Shown here piece after piece: positions 31,301 through 38,450 of a DNA stretch of 64,000 nucleotides. A program made the position numbers and the translations under genes. This DNA comes from Iphione sp. A-MEVVRFRX5. Its lineage: Eukaryota. The stretch spans positions 67,828,001 to 67,892,000 of the forward strand of contig OZ320320.1 of assembly GCA_976226885.1 (NCBI GenBank), in the 5' to 3' direction. The notes beneath the pieces were generated by a model. The model was not told the DNA's origin and did no database searches. It worked only from the letters and a program-made list of their open reading frames with translations. The stretch's first letter is position 1; each line of letters opens with the position of its first letter.

Positions 31301-34300
31301 TACCCACCAACTGCATCAGTAACTTTTCGAGCCGTTCCAATGCCGCTGAGTTGGTTTCCACCTTTCCACTGGGCCCCGATCCAGCAGCAGGCAGGGGGGC
31401 CGCCTCTACCTTGTGAACCTTCTTCGGAGCCGCCCGCTCCTGCTTGTTCTGATAATACGACTCGGCGACCTGAGATGCAGAGAGGGCCTCCCTGAAGGTT
31501 GTCACCCGCGCCTGGGTGACCCATTTACGGACCTTTTCGTTTGCGAGGGCCCCAACGTAATATTCCCGGCACATCCTGTCTTTCCAAGGCCCTTTTGCTT
31601 CCGGATAGGCCAATTGCACCAACCTCTCCACCTCGTCCGCCAGGTCTGCCAGGGCCTCCTCCTTCCCTTGCCGACGCCCCTTGAGCTGCTGGATATAAGC
31701 GTCGGTTTGGTGCTTGGACTGAAACCTCTCCGACAGCGCCTCCACCAACCTGGCATAAGCCCCGTCCTCCGCAACGTCAATTCCAGACCCCCGCAGCACG
31801 GCTCTCGCTGACTTTCGCAACACGATTCCCAGTTGTAGGGCCTTCTCCGCTTCCGTCCACTGATTGGCCTTGGCGACCAGCTCGAAATGTTGCAAAAAGT
31901 CTCGCAGTGGTGTGCTGCCATCATAGGTGTCCGGCTTCACCTGAGACTTCCGGGGCTGCGGGTCCGGGCGCAGCGCCGCCCGCAGCTCCTGTACGAACCC
32001 ATGCCAGAGGGGTGGCTCTGACGACACCGCGGCCTCTTCCTCTTCACCAGTCTGCTCACCGTCATCCTCGCCGGGTTCGCGGTCATTCACTTCTTCTCCT
32101 TCGTGTCCCGAGGCGCGTGGGGCTATGGAGGGGACAGGTAACTGATGTCCCTCTCCGGCCCCACCAGAACGTGGGGGATCTCCGCCAACCGATTCTCTCT
32201 TGGCCGACTCATCCGCTTCGCTTCCCCATAGCTCGTCAGCTGCGTCGTCCGGTAGCTCCGCCCGGAGCTTGCCGAACTCCGCCCACTCGGCGGACTCACC
32301 CTGCTCCGCCGAGTGCTCCGCTCGCCGCTCCGCCGAGTCGGCCTCCGCCGCTGCTCCGGTGGCGGAGATCCCACCGCTGCCACCAATTGTACGCCCCGAT
32401 CGAAGAGACATAACGAAGTAGTACGTTTCCGAAGTTTATTGCATGAAGTGCAAAACATGAATGACAATGGTCTCCGCCTTGAAGCGATATTTATAGTAAA
32501 CTGTAAAACTCTGCCCGGAGTCTAGACACTCCGCCCCAAATCTCCGCTAACTCCGCTAACTCCGCTACTCCGCCCACAATATACATGTTATCTTGGATCT
32601 GTAATATCTCTGTGGGCAGGAAAAGTAGAAATGTAAAATGTTGACGAGGTTGATAGTCTGGCTAGTCATGACCTCGTCGTCACCAGTTAGAGCATGCAAA
32701 TATACTCTTTGACGTCATGCTCATCTGGTGTTTTGTAAAATCAACTCGGCGATAGGTCAATTATTTTAGAATTCCTGACAACGACATATAGAGACAAACT
32801 CTGGGCAAAAAACAAATTTGTTACACAGTGTGTGAGTGAATCTTTCACCTGCTGTTGATCCGTTCTATAATCTTAGGGACCCAGCAATAAGACTTATAAT
32901 AGGCAAGACAAAGATGGGCATTATTTGCTATTGATGAGAAAGGTTATACCATTCAATCACTTCTGATGAGGAGGATTACCATTTGCTCACAATTTAGATG
33001 ACAGGTTATTTTTCTCTTTCGAGCAGTGTTATTTTTTTATAACATTTGTATCATTATCCTGTAACACATCAACCTTCACTTGTGCTTTCTACGTCGGCCT
33101 CTATTACTACATGGCTGTTTCTCTGTTTGGGTTGTCCCCAGAGTGCTGTCGCAGATCGCAAGCAGTACATGAAGCAGCATGATGTCGACCGGGTACAGAA
33201 TGAGAAGCTGTCTGAACTGGAGGAGGAGGAACGTGAGAAGAGGGAATACCTCAAGGAGAAGGCTAACGCTCAGCGTCAGGAGCAGGAGGATGAAATCAAG
33301 AAACTCAATGAGGTGAGTTCTGCCGGTCACCGGACCCTTCACTTGAGGGATGAGTGAAGCATCCAGACGACCTTTTCACCCTAAAGTCACTTAATCGCAG
33401 TTAGTTTGAAGCTGTTGTTATTTGTGATAAAACAGACCCGATATTTTTGGACCATGCAGTCCGTGTATAATGGACCAAGGAGGGGAGCCACTCTGGAAAC
33501 ACTGATGTCCGACCATCCTTCGGGATCTTAATTGTAGGTCTATCTGTTTGTAAACCATTTAGTCAAATGCACTGACTTTTAATATGATATCACCATATGT
33601 GGACTCTTGCTGCTTTAATTGGTGCTGTTTGAGGTGAACTAAGGGTAGCTTTTCTTGACTTAAAAAGTATCTGTCCTACCACTAGGAAGCGAAGAAAGTC
33701 ATACCTGAGTGCCCAGCTCTTAGAAGTTCATGGTAGAGTAGTAAGCAGCGGTCGTAGTGGCCAGCTGGTTGTTCGGAGGTTCAAGTTCTTATATTTTGTT
33801 CCCCAGCTAATCCTTAATGCCAAGTGCCACGCCATCCGTGATGCTCAAATCCTAGAGAAGCGCCAGATCAAGTCAGAGCTGGTGGAGGAGGAGCAGCGGT
33901 TGGACGCCATGATGGAGGCAGACAGGCTCAACAGCATCCAGGTAGAGGAGAGCATTAACCAGCGCCGCAAGCAGGACCGCATGGTAGGAGCCATGAAGGT
34001 CATGGAACAGATCCAGGAGAATGAGCAGGTACATACATTCTATCATATAGTCTATCATATGCTGTATCTGTCATACATTCTACCAATACATTGTCACATA
34101 TTCTTACATACATTTCCATGCATTCTTTTTATGATTCTATCTTGCATACATTCTATCGTACATTACGTCATGCATTCTGTCATACATCTGTCTCCATCAT
34201 GACATTCAGTCGATCCATGTCCCAACATACATTGCATGATCATCAGTCCAAAAGAAATGAACCATCTTAAGGACTTTGTTGTTTTGAGGTGTCAGTCTGT

Positions 34301-37300
34301 GACATAGGTTGTTTTTTGCTGCTCAGAACCGTCTCCTTGAGCTTGAACGTAAAGACCAGGAGAACCGTCACTTGCAGAAGTATCTGGACAAACTTTGTGA
34401 AGAGGAGGCTCAGAAACTATCCAAACGACGTGAAGAACAACAGAAGCTCAGGGTTCGTGCCATCACTCATTGATAACTCTGTAAAGGCGGATTTTCTTCA
34501 GTCACGTAGCCCTCTGGTTGGTCCATTGGTTAGAATATCCCACTTTGTAGGCCCCAGTTTCAGTATAGAGTTGTAACTCATTGCTGTGATCTAGAACGGA
34601 ATATAGTCATCATGAATCGTATACGTTTTGCTTGTTGAGATTTAAAAAAAATAAAGTTTGCTTCACAACAATTCTTTCCCTGCAGGAGGACCTGAACGAA
34701 TGCAACTCTGATATCATCCACCGCAAGCAGCTCATGTCTGAACAGGAGAAGCTGGAGGAGATGAAGGTGCTCGAGTACCAGCAGAAGAAAGCGGTATGTG
34801 CAGGCGTTTTGTGTCACACACTGACTGTATGATTAAACTGTTTTTTTTCATTGCTCTCCAAGTCATTTCTGTGATCTGTCTTTGTGATTTCATTGTTTTG
34901 TTGGATTGCTTCATGTCTCGCCAGTCAGATTTTAAATAATATGGTTTTAAGATAAAAAATGGAGTTCTGTTAATGTGTCAACGTTTGTTTTTCCTATGTT
35001 GTTTTTAAATGCTGTTGTCAAGTAACATTGCTGTTAAGAAACTCGCATATAACTCAATATATGAAATAAAACATGCTGGACAGTTGTGTACCATTCAGGT
35101 CTTTTAGACCCCACACCAACCATGCTGAGATACAAACTCATACTTTCACATCCAATTGTATGTGAGCAGGAGCGAGAACAGGCCTATGAGATGGAGCAAG
35201 AGCGTATTCGGGTGGAGAAGGAGAAGGAGGTGGCCCGGCTGCGTGCCCAGCAGGAAAGGGCTAGGGATGAGCAGGCTGAGAGGGACCTACTCAGAGCCAA
35301 GCGGACACAGGAGCAGGCAGAGCGAGAGTGGCGGAGGAAGGAGGCTGAGGAAGCCCACAAGAAGGCTGAGACGGAGTCCAGTCTGAAGGCAGCCAGACAC
35401 CAGCAGATGGAACAGAAGGAGCACTTCCTGGCTGTGCAGGCACAACGTGAGAGAGCTGACTTTGAACGTGTGCTCAGGTATGTTGAGCCTCTATTGTACA
35501 CATGTACATATGTATGTCCAGCATAGCCTACTTGTGTATTTTTAAGGACATGCCAGACAACAGTGAAGGCATGTATACTTTGGAGCCAGAGACAATCTAA
35601 CAAGATACCACTTAGGTAGCTATGAAGCTGTATAATAATAATTTAATAAGTATGTCAAAAAAATCCGTATTAAGTTGGACATTGTTTTACTTGGAACTTA
35701 AGGAGCTGGATACACCAGAAAGTTCACATACTTGTCTCATTTAGCAGAGGTCTGTGCTATGCAGAAACTTTCTGTCATGTTGCTAGTTTGCCGTCTGGAA
35801 GCAGAGAGCCCTTAGGAAAGCATTTCACATACGCTCAGCCATCCAAACCTTGTGTTCCTTATCATTTTTCTTTTATTTAGCGTAGACTTCAATAAACATA
35901 GAGAAATATTAAGTATTACGGATGTGCTTTACAGAATGAATGTAATGGTGGTATGATGAACATCTATGTAGGTTTTCAGCCCCCAAAATGGAACCATTTA
36001 TTTCCCCAATCAACTGATAAAGCTGTTTTTTTCTCTAGAGCCCAGCAGGAGCTTGTGCAGAAGGAGGCCCAAGAGGAGGATGAACGCCACCGCAAGCGCT
36101 CTGACTACGCTGAGGAGGTGCGCCGACAGATCCAACAGAAGGAACACCAGCGCATTGCTGACCGTAATGCCTTCTTTGATGAGGGTGTCAAGCTGGATGA
36201 GGAGGCACGCCAGCGGCGCCAGAAGCTTGAGGACATCAAGCGCAAGAAGCTGGAGCAATTGCGGTAAGTGGAAGCTCATGATTTCTATTGTCTTCTTTGA
36301 GAAAGCCCACATATTGGTTGTTGGATGTAAAGCTGTATTTGGGTTGGGATGCAAATATACCTGCACAGCAAAGAGTGTTTTAGTGTAATTGGGCCAAGAA
36401 TGGTCTATTGTGTACCTGTGAGAATTAAAACACTGTTAAAGTGTGATTTCATTAGCGTTATTGAATAAACTGTGATTAGTGACTCTACAGGAAAATAATA
36501 AATAACATACTAATGGTTCACGAGACAGCATGATTCCTAGAATTGGTAGCTGTCAATCAGTAAATCTGACCAGGTCTGACCATAATGTTCATTCATACAT
36601 TACTTTCTTTCCCTCTCGTTTTCACATTGTGTGTGCAGGAAAATTGGGCTTGCCGAAAAATACGTCACTCAGGTTGCACGGAAAGGCAAAGTTTCCATGG
36701 ACAGGGATAATAGGTGTGAGATTTGTCCTAGTCGCACGGCAGCACCATCCTACCCTCTCCCACTTTATGAATATATGCATACATACAGCATGTCCACCCG
36801 ATACACGCACGGGTCACTTTTGGGATTAGTCTTTTAGATGCACAATGCTTCAGTACCAATACACCATCCCTTCGTGTAATTTTGCAGTTTTCCATCATTA
36901 TGGTTATCAAACTGATAAAACTTCCTGTAGATTAGGATCACTCTGTGATTCAGGCTGGGTCATTCCTGCTTCTCTGTGATAGTGATTTCTACCATCAGAT
37001 AGGAAATCCTTGTGTATCTGTCAGGAAGTGGATCATTAGGTGTATGGCGGTACAGTAAAACCCCTCCACTACGGACATCGGCGGGACTGTAGCCAAAGCG
37101 TCCGTTGTCGGGGGTGTCCGCTGTCCCCGGGCTGTTGCAGAGGGGTATCTTCAAGGTGGTAGAGTGTAGTTTGGAAGTTGTAGAGGGAATTTATGCTGTT
37201 GCAGAGGGGTTAGTTCAAGGTAGTAGAGTGTAGTTTGGAAGTTGTAGAGGGAAAGTGTACTGTGGTAGAGTGATGGTAGAGTGAAGTTTAAATAACCAAG

Positions 37301-38450
37301 TCATAATCCAAATTCATTTTAACAATTTATTTATAATGTAAGCTACTCCAGGGTGTCGGGACAGGTTCGCGCCTGTCCCCGAGGTGAGACGCCCATCAAA
37401 GGGGGGTCCTCCAGGGTGTCCGGACAGGTTCGCACCTGTCCCCGAGGTGAGACGCCCATCAAAGGGGGGTCCTCCAGGGTGTGAGGGCAGTTTAGCACCT
37501 GTCCCTGAGGTGAGACGCATTCCTCCAGGGTGAGAGGAGAGGTTCGCGGTAGACTAATGGGTGGGTGTCCGCTGTAAACCCTGTAAAATCACTGTAAGGG
37601 ACTGTAAAATCGGTGTCCACAGGTGGGTGTCCGCTGTCCCTGAGGTGTCCGCTGTGCCCGGGCGCCAATAAACATGATAAAGAGGGTTTTCGTTTGGGAC
37701 TGACGCCCGGGCGTCCGTTGTAGGGGGCGTCCGCTGTGGCCGGGCGTCCGTAATCAGGGGTTATCCTGTACATCAAAGGCAGGGTGTAACACCTCCCTAC
37801 GCACTTTTCCTTGCATCTTTCCCTGCATATTTTTGGGAAACTAGGGACCTGCAGCTGAGCATGAACTAGGTGGAGCTCAAATCTCTGTCCAGCGTGTGTA
37901 GAGGAGCATTCAGGGTATAAGTTCACAGTTTTGTCAACCGTAAGGTGTCTGAAATTTGTTTTCTTCAATCCTCTTTAATAAGCAGATAAGATGGCACACT
38001 TCTGCAAATAGTTTCTTGCAATCTCTTAATGTCCTCAGTCCTGTGTAACGTATTCATGCATGGATAAATAGATCTTTTTATGAGTCTGAATTTTTNNNNN
38101 NNNNNNNNNNNNNNNNNNNNNNNNNNNNNNNNNNNNNNNNNNNNNNNNNNNNNNNNNNNNNNNNNNNNNNNNNNNNNNNNNNNNNNNNNNNNNNNNNNNN
38201 NNNNNNNNNNNNNNNNNNNNNNNNNNNNNNNNNNNNNNNNNNNNNNNNNNNNNNNNNNNNNNNNNNNNNNNNNNNNNNNNNNNNNNNNTCAGTCAGTTTA
38301 TGTGTATGCAAGCAGATAAAGAAGCCAGATAATCCCACCACAAGCGACTCATTGACCTCTTTGTTTCTCTACAGCGCTGCCGGCATCCACGAGAAGTACT
38401 TGACCCAGGTGGAGAGGAAGGCCCACCAGGCGCAGCACATCGCCGCCTAG
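19376..38450 (+). CDS. CFAP45: Cilia- and flagella-associated protein 45 (CCDC19)
   Basis: Exons 19376-19378 (ATG|gtaagt), 22666-22964, 23228-23372, 33142-33312, 33807-34028, 34327-34452, 34686-34793, 35170-35477, 36039-36263, [36639-36713 optional], 38375-38450. Motifs VDESLFG, QVITKDLIRNL, LILNAKCHAIRDAQILEK, AFFDEG. Element 2 lies in intron 3. Confidence 0.93.
21911..22131. mobile_element. Probable small MITE
   Basis: CAGGGGGGT ... ACCCCCCTG inverted ends with internal aataac(a/g)cttc repeats. The TA TSD is clean only on the right. Confidence 0.5.
23736..23926 (-). repeat. 3' LTR of element 2
   Basis: TGT...ACA. Minus-strand TATAAATA (23836-23843) and AATAAA (23783-23788). CTCCGC at 23820, 23877, 23890, 23899, 23908 and 23916. 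Confidence 0.96.
23927..23961 (-). other. Hairpin + U-tract + polypurine tract (element 2)
   Basis: Sense strand GGCTCGG-GGT-CCGAGCC TTTTT CAGAAGGGAGCAG | TGTGG (LTR). Confidence 0.8.
24068..25732 (-). CDS. Accessory ORF4 of element 2 (frame open for 554 aa; 453 aa from first ATG at 25429), unknown function
   Basis: Long disordered P/A/E-rich region, RKRKR patch, VVVLTSSEEEEE, and a C-terminal LWANGRLVTPLVAAPLGWRL domain shared with element 3. No signal peptide or transmembrane segment. Confidence 0.75.
   Translation of the reverse strand, partial: AAQTGGPGRADGVPHLQCQHPGGGASPASPRGSRKRKRGGVTTLVYPLPCEDARPRFGLTRDESGPGGYQPVTSPISSAGEAATPTPAKRKATTGKGLTATMSPLARAATTAGILGTPSSATPGSSYSTLSQEARDLDARLGLDWTRPEDEGGEVVVLTSSEEEEEAAPPQPGPEKKTEQGEPTVGQVRYAVLDSSGGAEVAQGDIDEAVRTLAELAEGRDSAEPAPAEEEEEQPGGAVEAAGDQESTGLAPAGPPPPTHPETTTAGPAGPVSSAEGGSAEAETSGRSSLQLPNITPPIDAPPDAGGDDGAGHLPTPAGPAGTGPVVSTDRLPTGVAPDTPPVQPVIPPAPPGRPDQPPLSQAGREDSEHHHAGGLGGGTVVSPLATSTPAGPGQQKAPLPSTPVAGPGTAGRLPPGTGAKRQLVLLDTNIPEAVRLWANGRLVTPLVAAPLGWRLVSAKGQSTVSAGTDSYHVTVRQAARLLLRSPPQDASTLEAWVQTLGREVAGVRARCTRSFFELCQADPDHVDLTIEEDFQVKLSKGRASTCPPNSGSI
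25303..26451 (-). CDS. Predicted stand-alone C2H2 zinc-finger protein of element 2 (382 aa from gaaATGG)
   Basis: First ATG after the internal TATA/Inr. MAETGDTSHG-CNLCGYQTDRPGNLRRHMGTH-RRLAFCRR-CPAPRCRGAIFKRRDDLRRHLKAQH, followed by a charged helix and an acidic tract. Confidence 0.75.
   Translation of the reverse strand: MAETGDTSHGCNLCGYQTDRPGNLRRHMGTHRRLAFCRRCPAPRCRGAIFKRRDDLRRHLKAQHSTDGDHYLEWGQDADLCFVDLKTGRDARVPQRRLEEQRWLLRVEEWERAKERAMMRGDPVPPRPKRERQRSSSSGTTPAAVEESEEEEEEDDDEGESEEEEATEASDRQLRPRGSKGEAVTSTVQGTPGSPRAGPSGLGSAGGRSVDVRLHGLDSSPASTGLTPELKRVAAACEARQRKRAAQEEQTASPTSNVSTPGAARARPHHGGREKGKGEGLPHWYTHSHVRTPGHDLDLREMRAGRGGISQSPPPSRLQAKQRRRPQLRGRLLQERGSPLRCPPLLEPPPPQESWAPRHLLRPDHRTRPSARRPGTWTHGWA
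25303..31254 (-). CDS. pol: Pol polyprotein PR-RT-RH-IN with an in-frame C-terminal extension ending in the C2H2 ZF module (1983-aa ORF)
   Basis: WLVDTGAS, YLDDVIV, TDHSSL, HGGALGGHLG..C..C, VAVDVCGPF, HSDQGRNF, QSDGVVERFNRTL; no stop until 25303. Lies in the -1 frame relative to gag. Confidence 0.96.
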   Translation of the reverse strand: MLQLRGARTLQTRVPQTSPLYGLGKRGTGRPSAVERAAQPEKHTRDGLAGHLRVLQLEGTREVLLQGERTPAANIILVSEVGGYKVPWLVDTGASLTLLSEETAGAVGASELAPTKGRILCADGSPLRVKGKTNITAKFAEEELEIDAWVASIDCPAILGLDTLRRWKAQVDTSEATLRVSVPEEDDSWGCKVALAEDCQLDGYTTREVSVAWEELGGSGDAVLVEPSPEWEARSRLRLAGSLCQAGSQSGRVEVANAGPDGRYLRRGTVVGRAQLVDHPEQLGAALSVTAEGGSEKRSSAVATLMSGLPEELDSEDREAIHRMLTRNQACLQEDGEPLGCTSEVQHRIEVEGHRPIRQRVRRLPPGKREVVRQEVERMVRQGVLEPSVSPWASPVVLVKKKDNSWRFCIDYRALNQVTKKDAYPLPRIDDTLDALSGAQFFSAIDLASGYWQVEVRPEDREKTAVCTPGGLFQFRVMPFGLCNAPSTFERLMEAVLRGLVGRSCLVYLDDVIVIGRTVPEMVERLEEVFGRLRQAGLKIKPQKCQLFQREVAYLGHRVSAQGVKPDPEKVRVIQNWTPPRCVTELRSFIGLCSYYRSFIEGFASVAAPLHQLLEKGEEYRWSDACQAAFDELKNRLMSSPILAYPRAEGLMTVDTDASIAGIGAVLSQEQDGKERVLAYASRSLSKAERNYCVTRKELLAVVFGLRKFRAYVGGRKVVIRTDHSSLRWLCRFREPEGQLARWLEEVYCYDVEIEHRPGRRHGNADSLSRTRCRQCGREPEEDDETLTGQVAALQVEARSDEGGLRQAQEQDDLTRDLRRRVEEEGEAPERVPEDDYETRCLKNEWPRLCVSRGLLCRQWSMEDGGLRHQAYVPESLRWAVWKEVHGGALGGHLGPEKTEGAVRLRYFWPGLGRDVRRWNQECLDCQRRQDPARKRRAPMQLRLAPGPWELVAVDVCGPFPTTPRGNRYIIVVADHFTKWTEAIPAAEVDAESTARHLLREVVCRFGPPRILHSDQGRNFDAALMRELLRLLGIQKTRTTPYHPQSDGVVERFNRTLTGMLAKVVKEDQSDWDEQLPFVMAAYRATPHRTTGFSPNWLTLGRETTLPVELMVGSPGEPEVSVHGYVESVRHRLVTAHSTVRRQLQRAAERRKDWYDQKVRHQEYRAGDNVWVYSPIKKKGRSPKLQCRWQGPWEVRARLSTVVYRIGRGSKQRIVHADLLKPAFATEAREDSDVIGRVNVLRQDAMELHSARVPPPRWYRRRVTGPEGDESTARERPTPTQGRIPRGWAEMLNQELRELHRQTRGMLGPRRTARKTVPPKKTGRPRRRDRFGLALWKFRGICRKLRQRYGGQATKTLVAQLWEGHCREWQLEGRRPPWGQDGRGDKSRAESAQQLSPGGVSQPLRSAETAGRAQRGLTALRPASTNERRAREPLANQRLAELLAGAYKREAAEWAVQSIHRDAPPTERSFPGRSATAAEQEQRRSPSLAQRSSPVRDVQLSSGRSATTAETHRQRPPLPRPDLPLRGSPSFSGRSEPRPGRRSSPSRDVQTSSGRSTTTAEACQRRPPTPPPFLRPDLLLRGGPLHPGRSVPEPGAPDNVEMAETGDTSHGCNLCGYQTDRPGNLRRHMGTHRRLAFCRRCPAPRCRGAIFKRRDDLRRHLKAQHSTDGDHYLEWGQDADLCFVDLKTGRDARVPQRRLEEQRWLLRVEEWERAKERAMMRGDPVPPRPKRERQRSSSSGTTPAAVEESEEEEEEDDDEGESEEEEATEASDRQLRPRGSKGEAVTSTVQGTPGSPRAGPSGLGSAGGRSVDVRLHGLDSSPASTGLTPELKRVAAACEARQRKRAAQEEQTASPTSNVSTPGAARARPHHGGREKGKGEGLPHWYTHSHVRTPGHDLDLREMRAGRGGISQSPPPSRLQAKQRRRPQLRGRLLQERGSPLRCPPLLEPPPPQESWAPRHLLRPDHRTRPSARRPGTWTHGWA
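26880..26981 (-). promoter_or_regulatory. Internal RNA Pol II promoter of element 2
   Basis: Minus strand: CCAAT at 26981-26977, AGCCAATCAG at 26951-26947, TATAAG from 26916, Inr TCAATCC with A at 26885 (31 nt from the TATA). Confidence 0.7.
31132..31185 (-). other. Programmed -1 ribosomal frameshift signal gag/pol (element 2)
   Basis: G GGA AAC in gag phase (31185-31179), 8-nt spacer, GGCCGCCC/GGGCGGCC stem. Loop CTCAG can pair with downstream CTGAG (possible pseudoknot). Confidence 0.85.
31152..32411 (-). CDS. gag: Gag of element 2 (419 aa)
   Basis: MSLRSGR start inside the LTR, capsid KPDTYDGSTPLRDFLQHFE, knuckle CFNCGEPGHFKREC. Confidence 0.95.
   Translation of the reverse strand: MSLRSGRTIGGSGGISATGAAAEADSAERRAEHSAEQGESAEWAEFGKLRAELPDDAADELWGSEADESAKRESVGGDPPRSGGAGEGHQLPVPSIAPRASGHEGEEVNDREPGEDDGEQTGEEEEAAVSSEPPLWHGFVQELRAALRPDPQPRKSQVKPDTYDGSTPLRDFLQHFELVAKANQWTEAEKALQLGIVLRKSARAVLRGSGIDVAEDGAYARLVEALSERFQSKHQTDAYIQQLKGRRQGKEEALADLADEVERLVQLAYPEAKGPWKDRMCREYYVGALANEKVRKWVTQARVTTFREALSASQVAESYYQNKQERAAPKKVHKVEAAPLPAAGSGPSGKVETNSAALERLEKLLMQLVGNREGEERSNKKTGPKKCFNCGEPGHFKRECPKLPPSTASGNGEPAAPQQ
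32368..32385 (-). other. Primer-binding site, tRNA-Leu (element 2)
   Basis: Plus strand ATCCCACCGCTGCCACCA corresponds to the 3' end of tRNA-Leu(AAG/TAG)+CCA, 2 nt from the LTR. Confidence 0.9.
32388..32578 (-). repeat. 5' LTR of element 2
   Basis: No difference from 23736-23926 by base-by-base reading. Confidence 0.96.
37053..37768. mobile_element. Long family-A MITE with internal tandem repeats, in the last CFAP45 intron
   Basis: TA|CAGTAAAACCCCT ... AGGGGTTATCCTG|TA. Internal repeats at about 37137-37255 and 37346-37530. Confidence 0.82.
38096..38288. other. Assembly gap (N run)
   Basis: Directly visible. Confidence 1.

Larger units (their letters stand above)
23736..32578 (-). mobile_element. 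Full-length intact Ty3/Gypsy LTR retrotransposon, element 2 (8843 bp)
   Basis: Identical 191-bp LTRs, ATAT TSD (23732-23735, 32579-32582), tRNA-Leu PBS, PPT, intact gag and pol, accessory ORFs. Confidence 0.97.
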
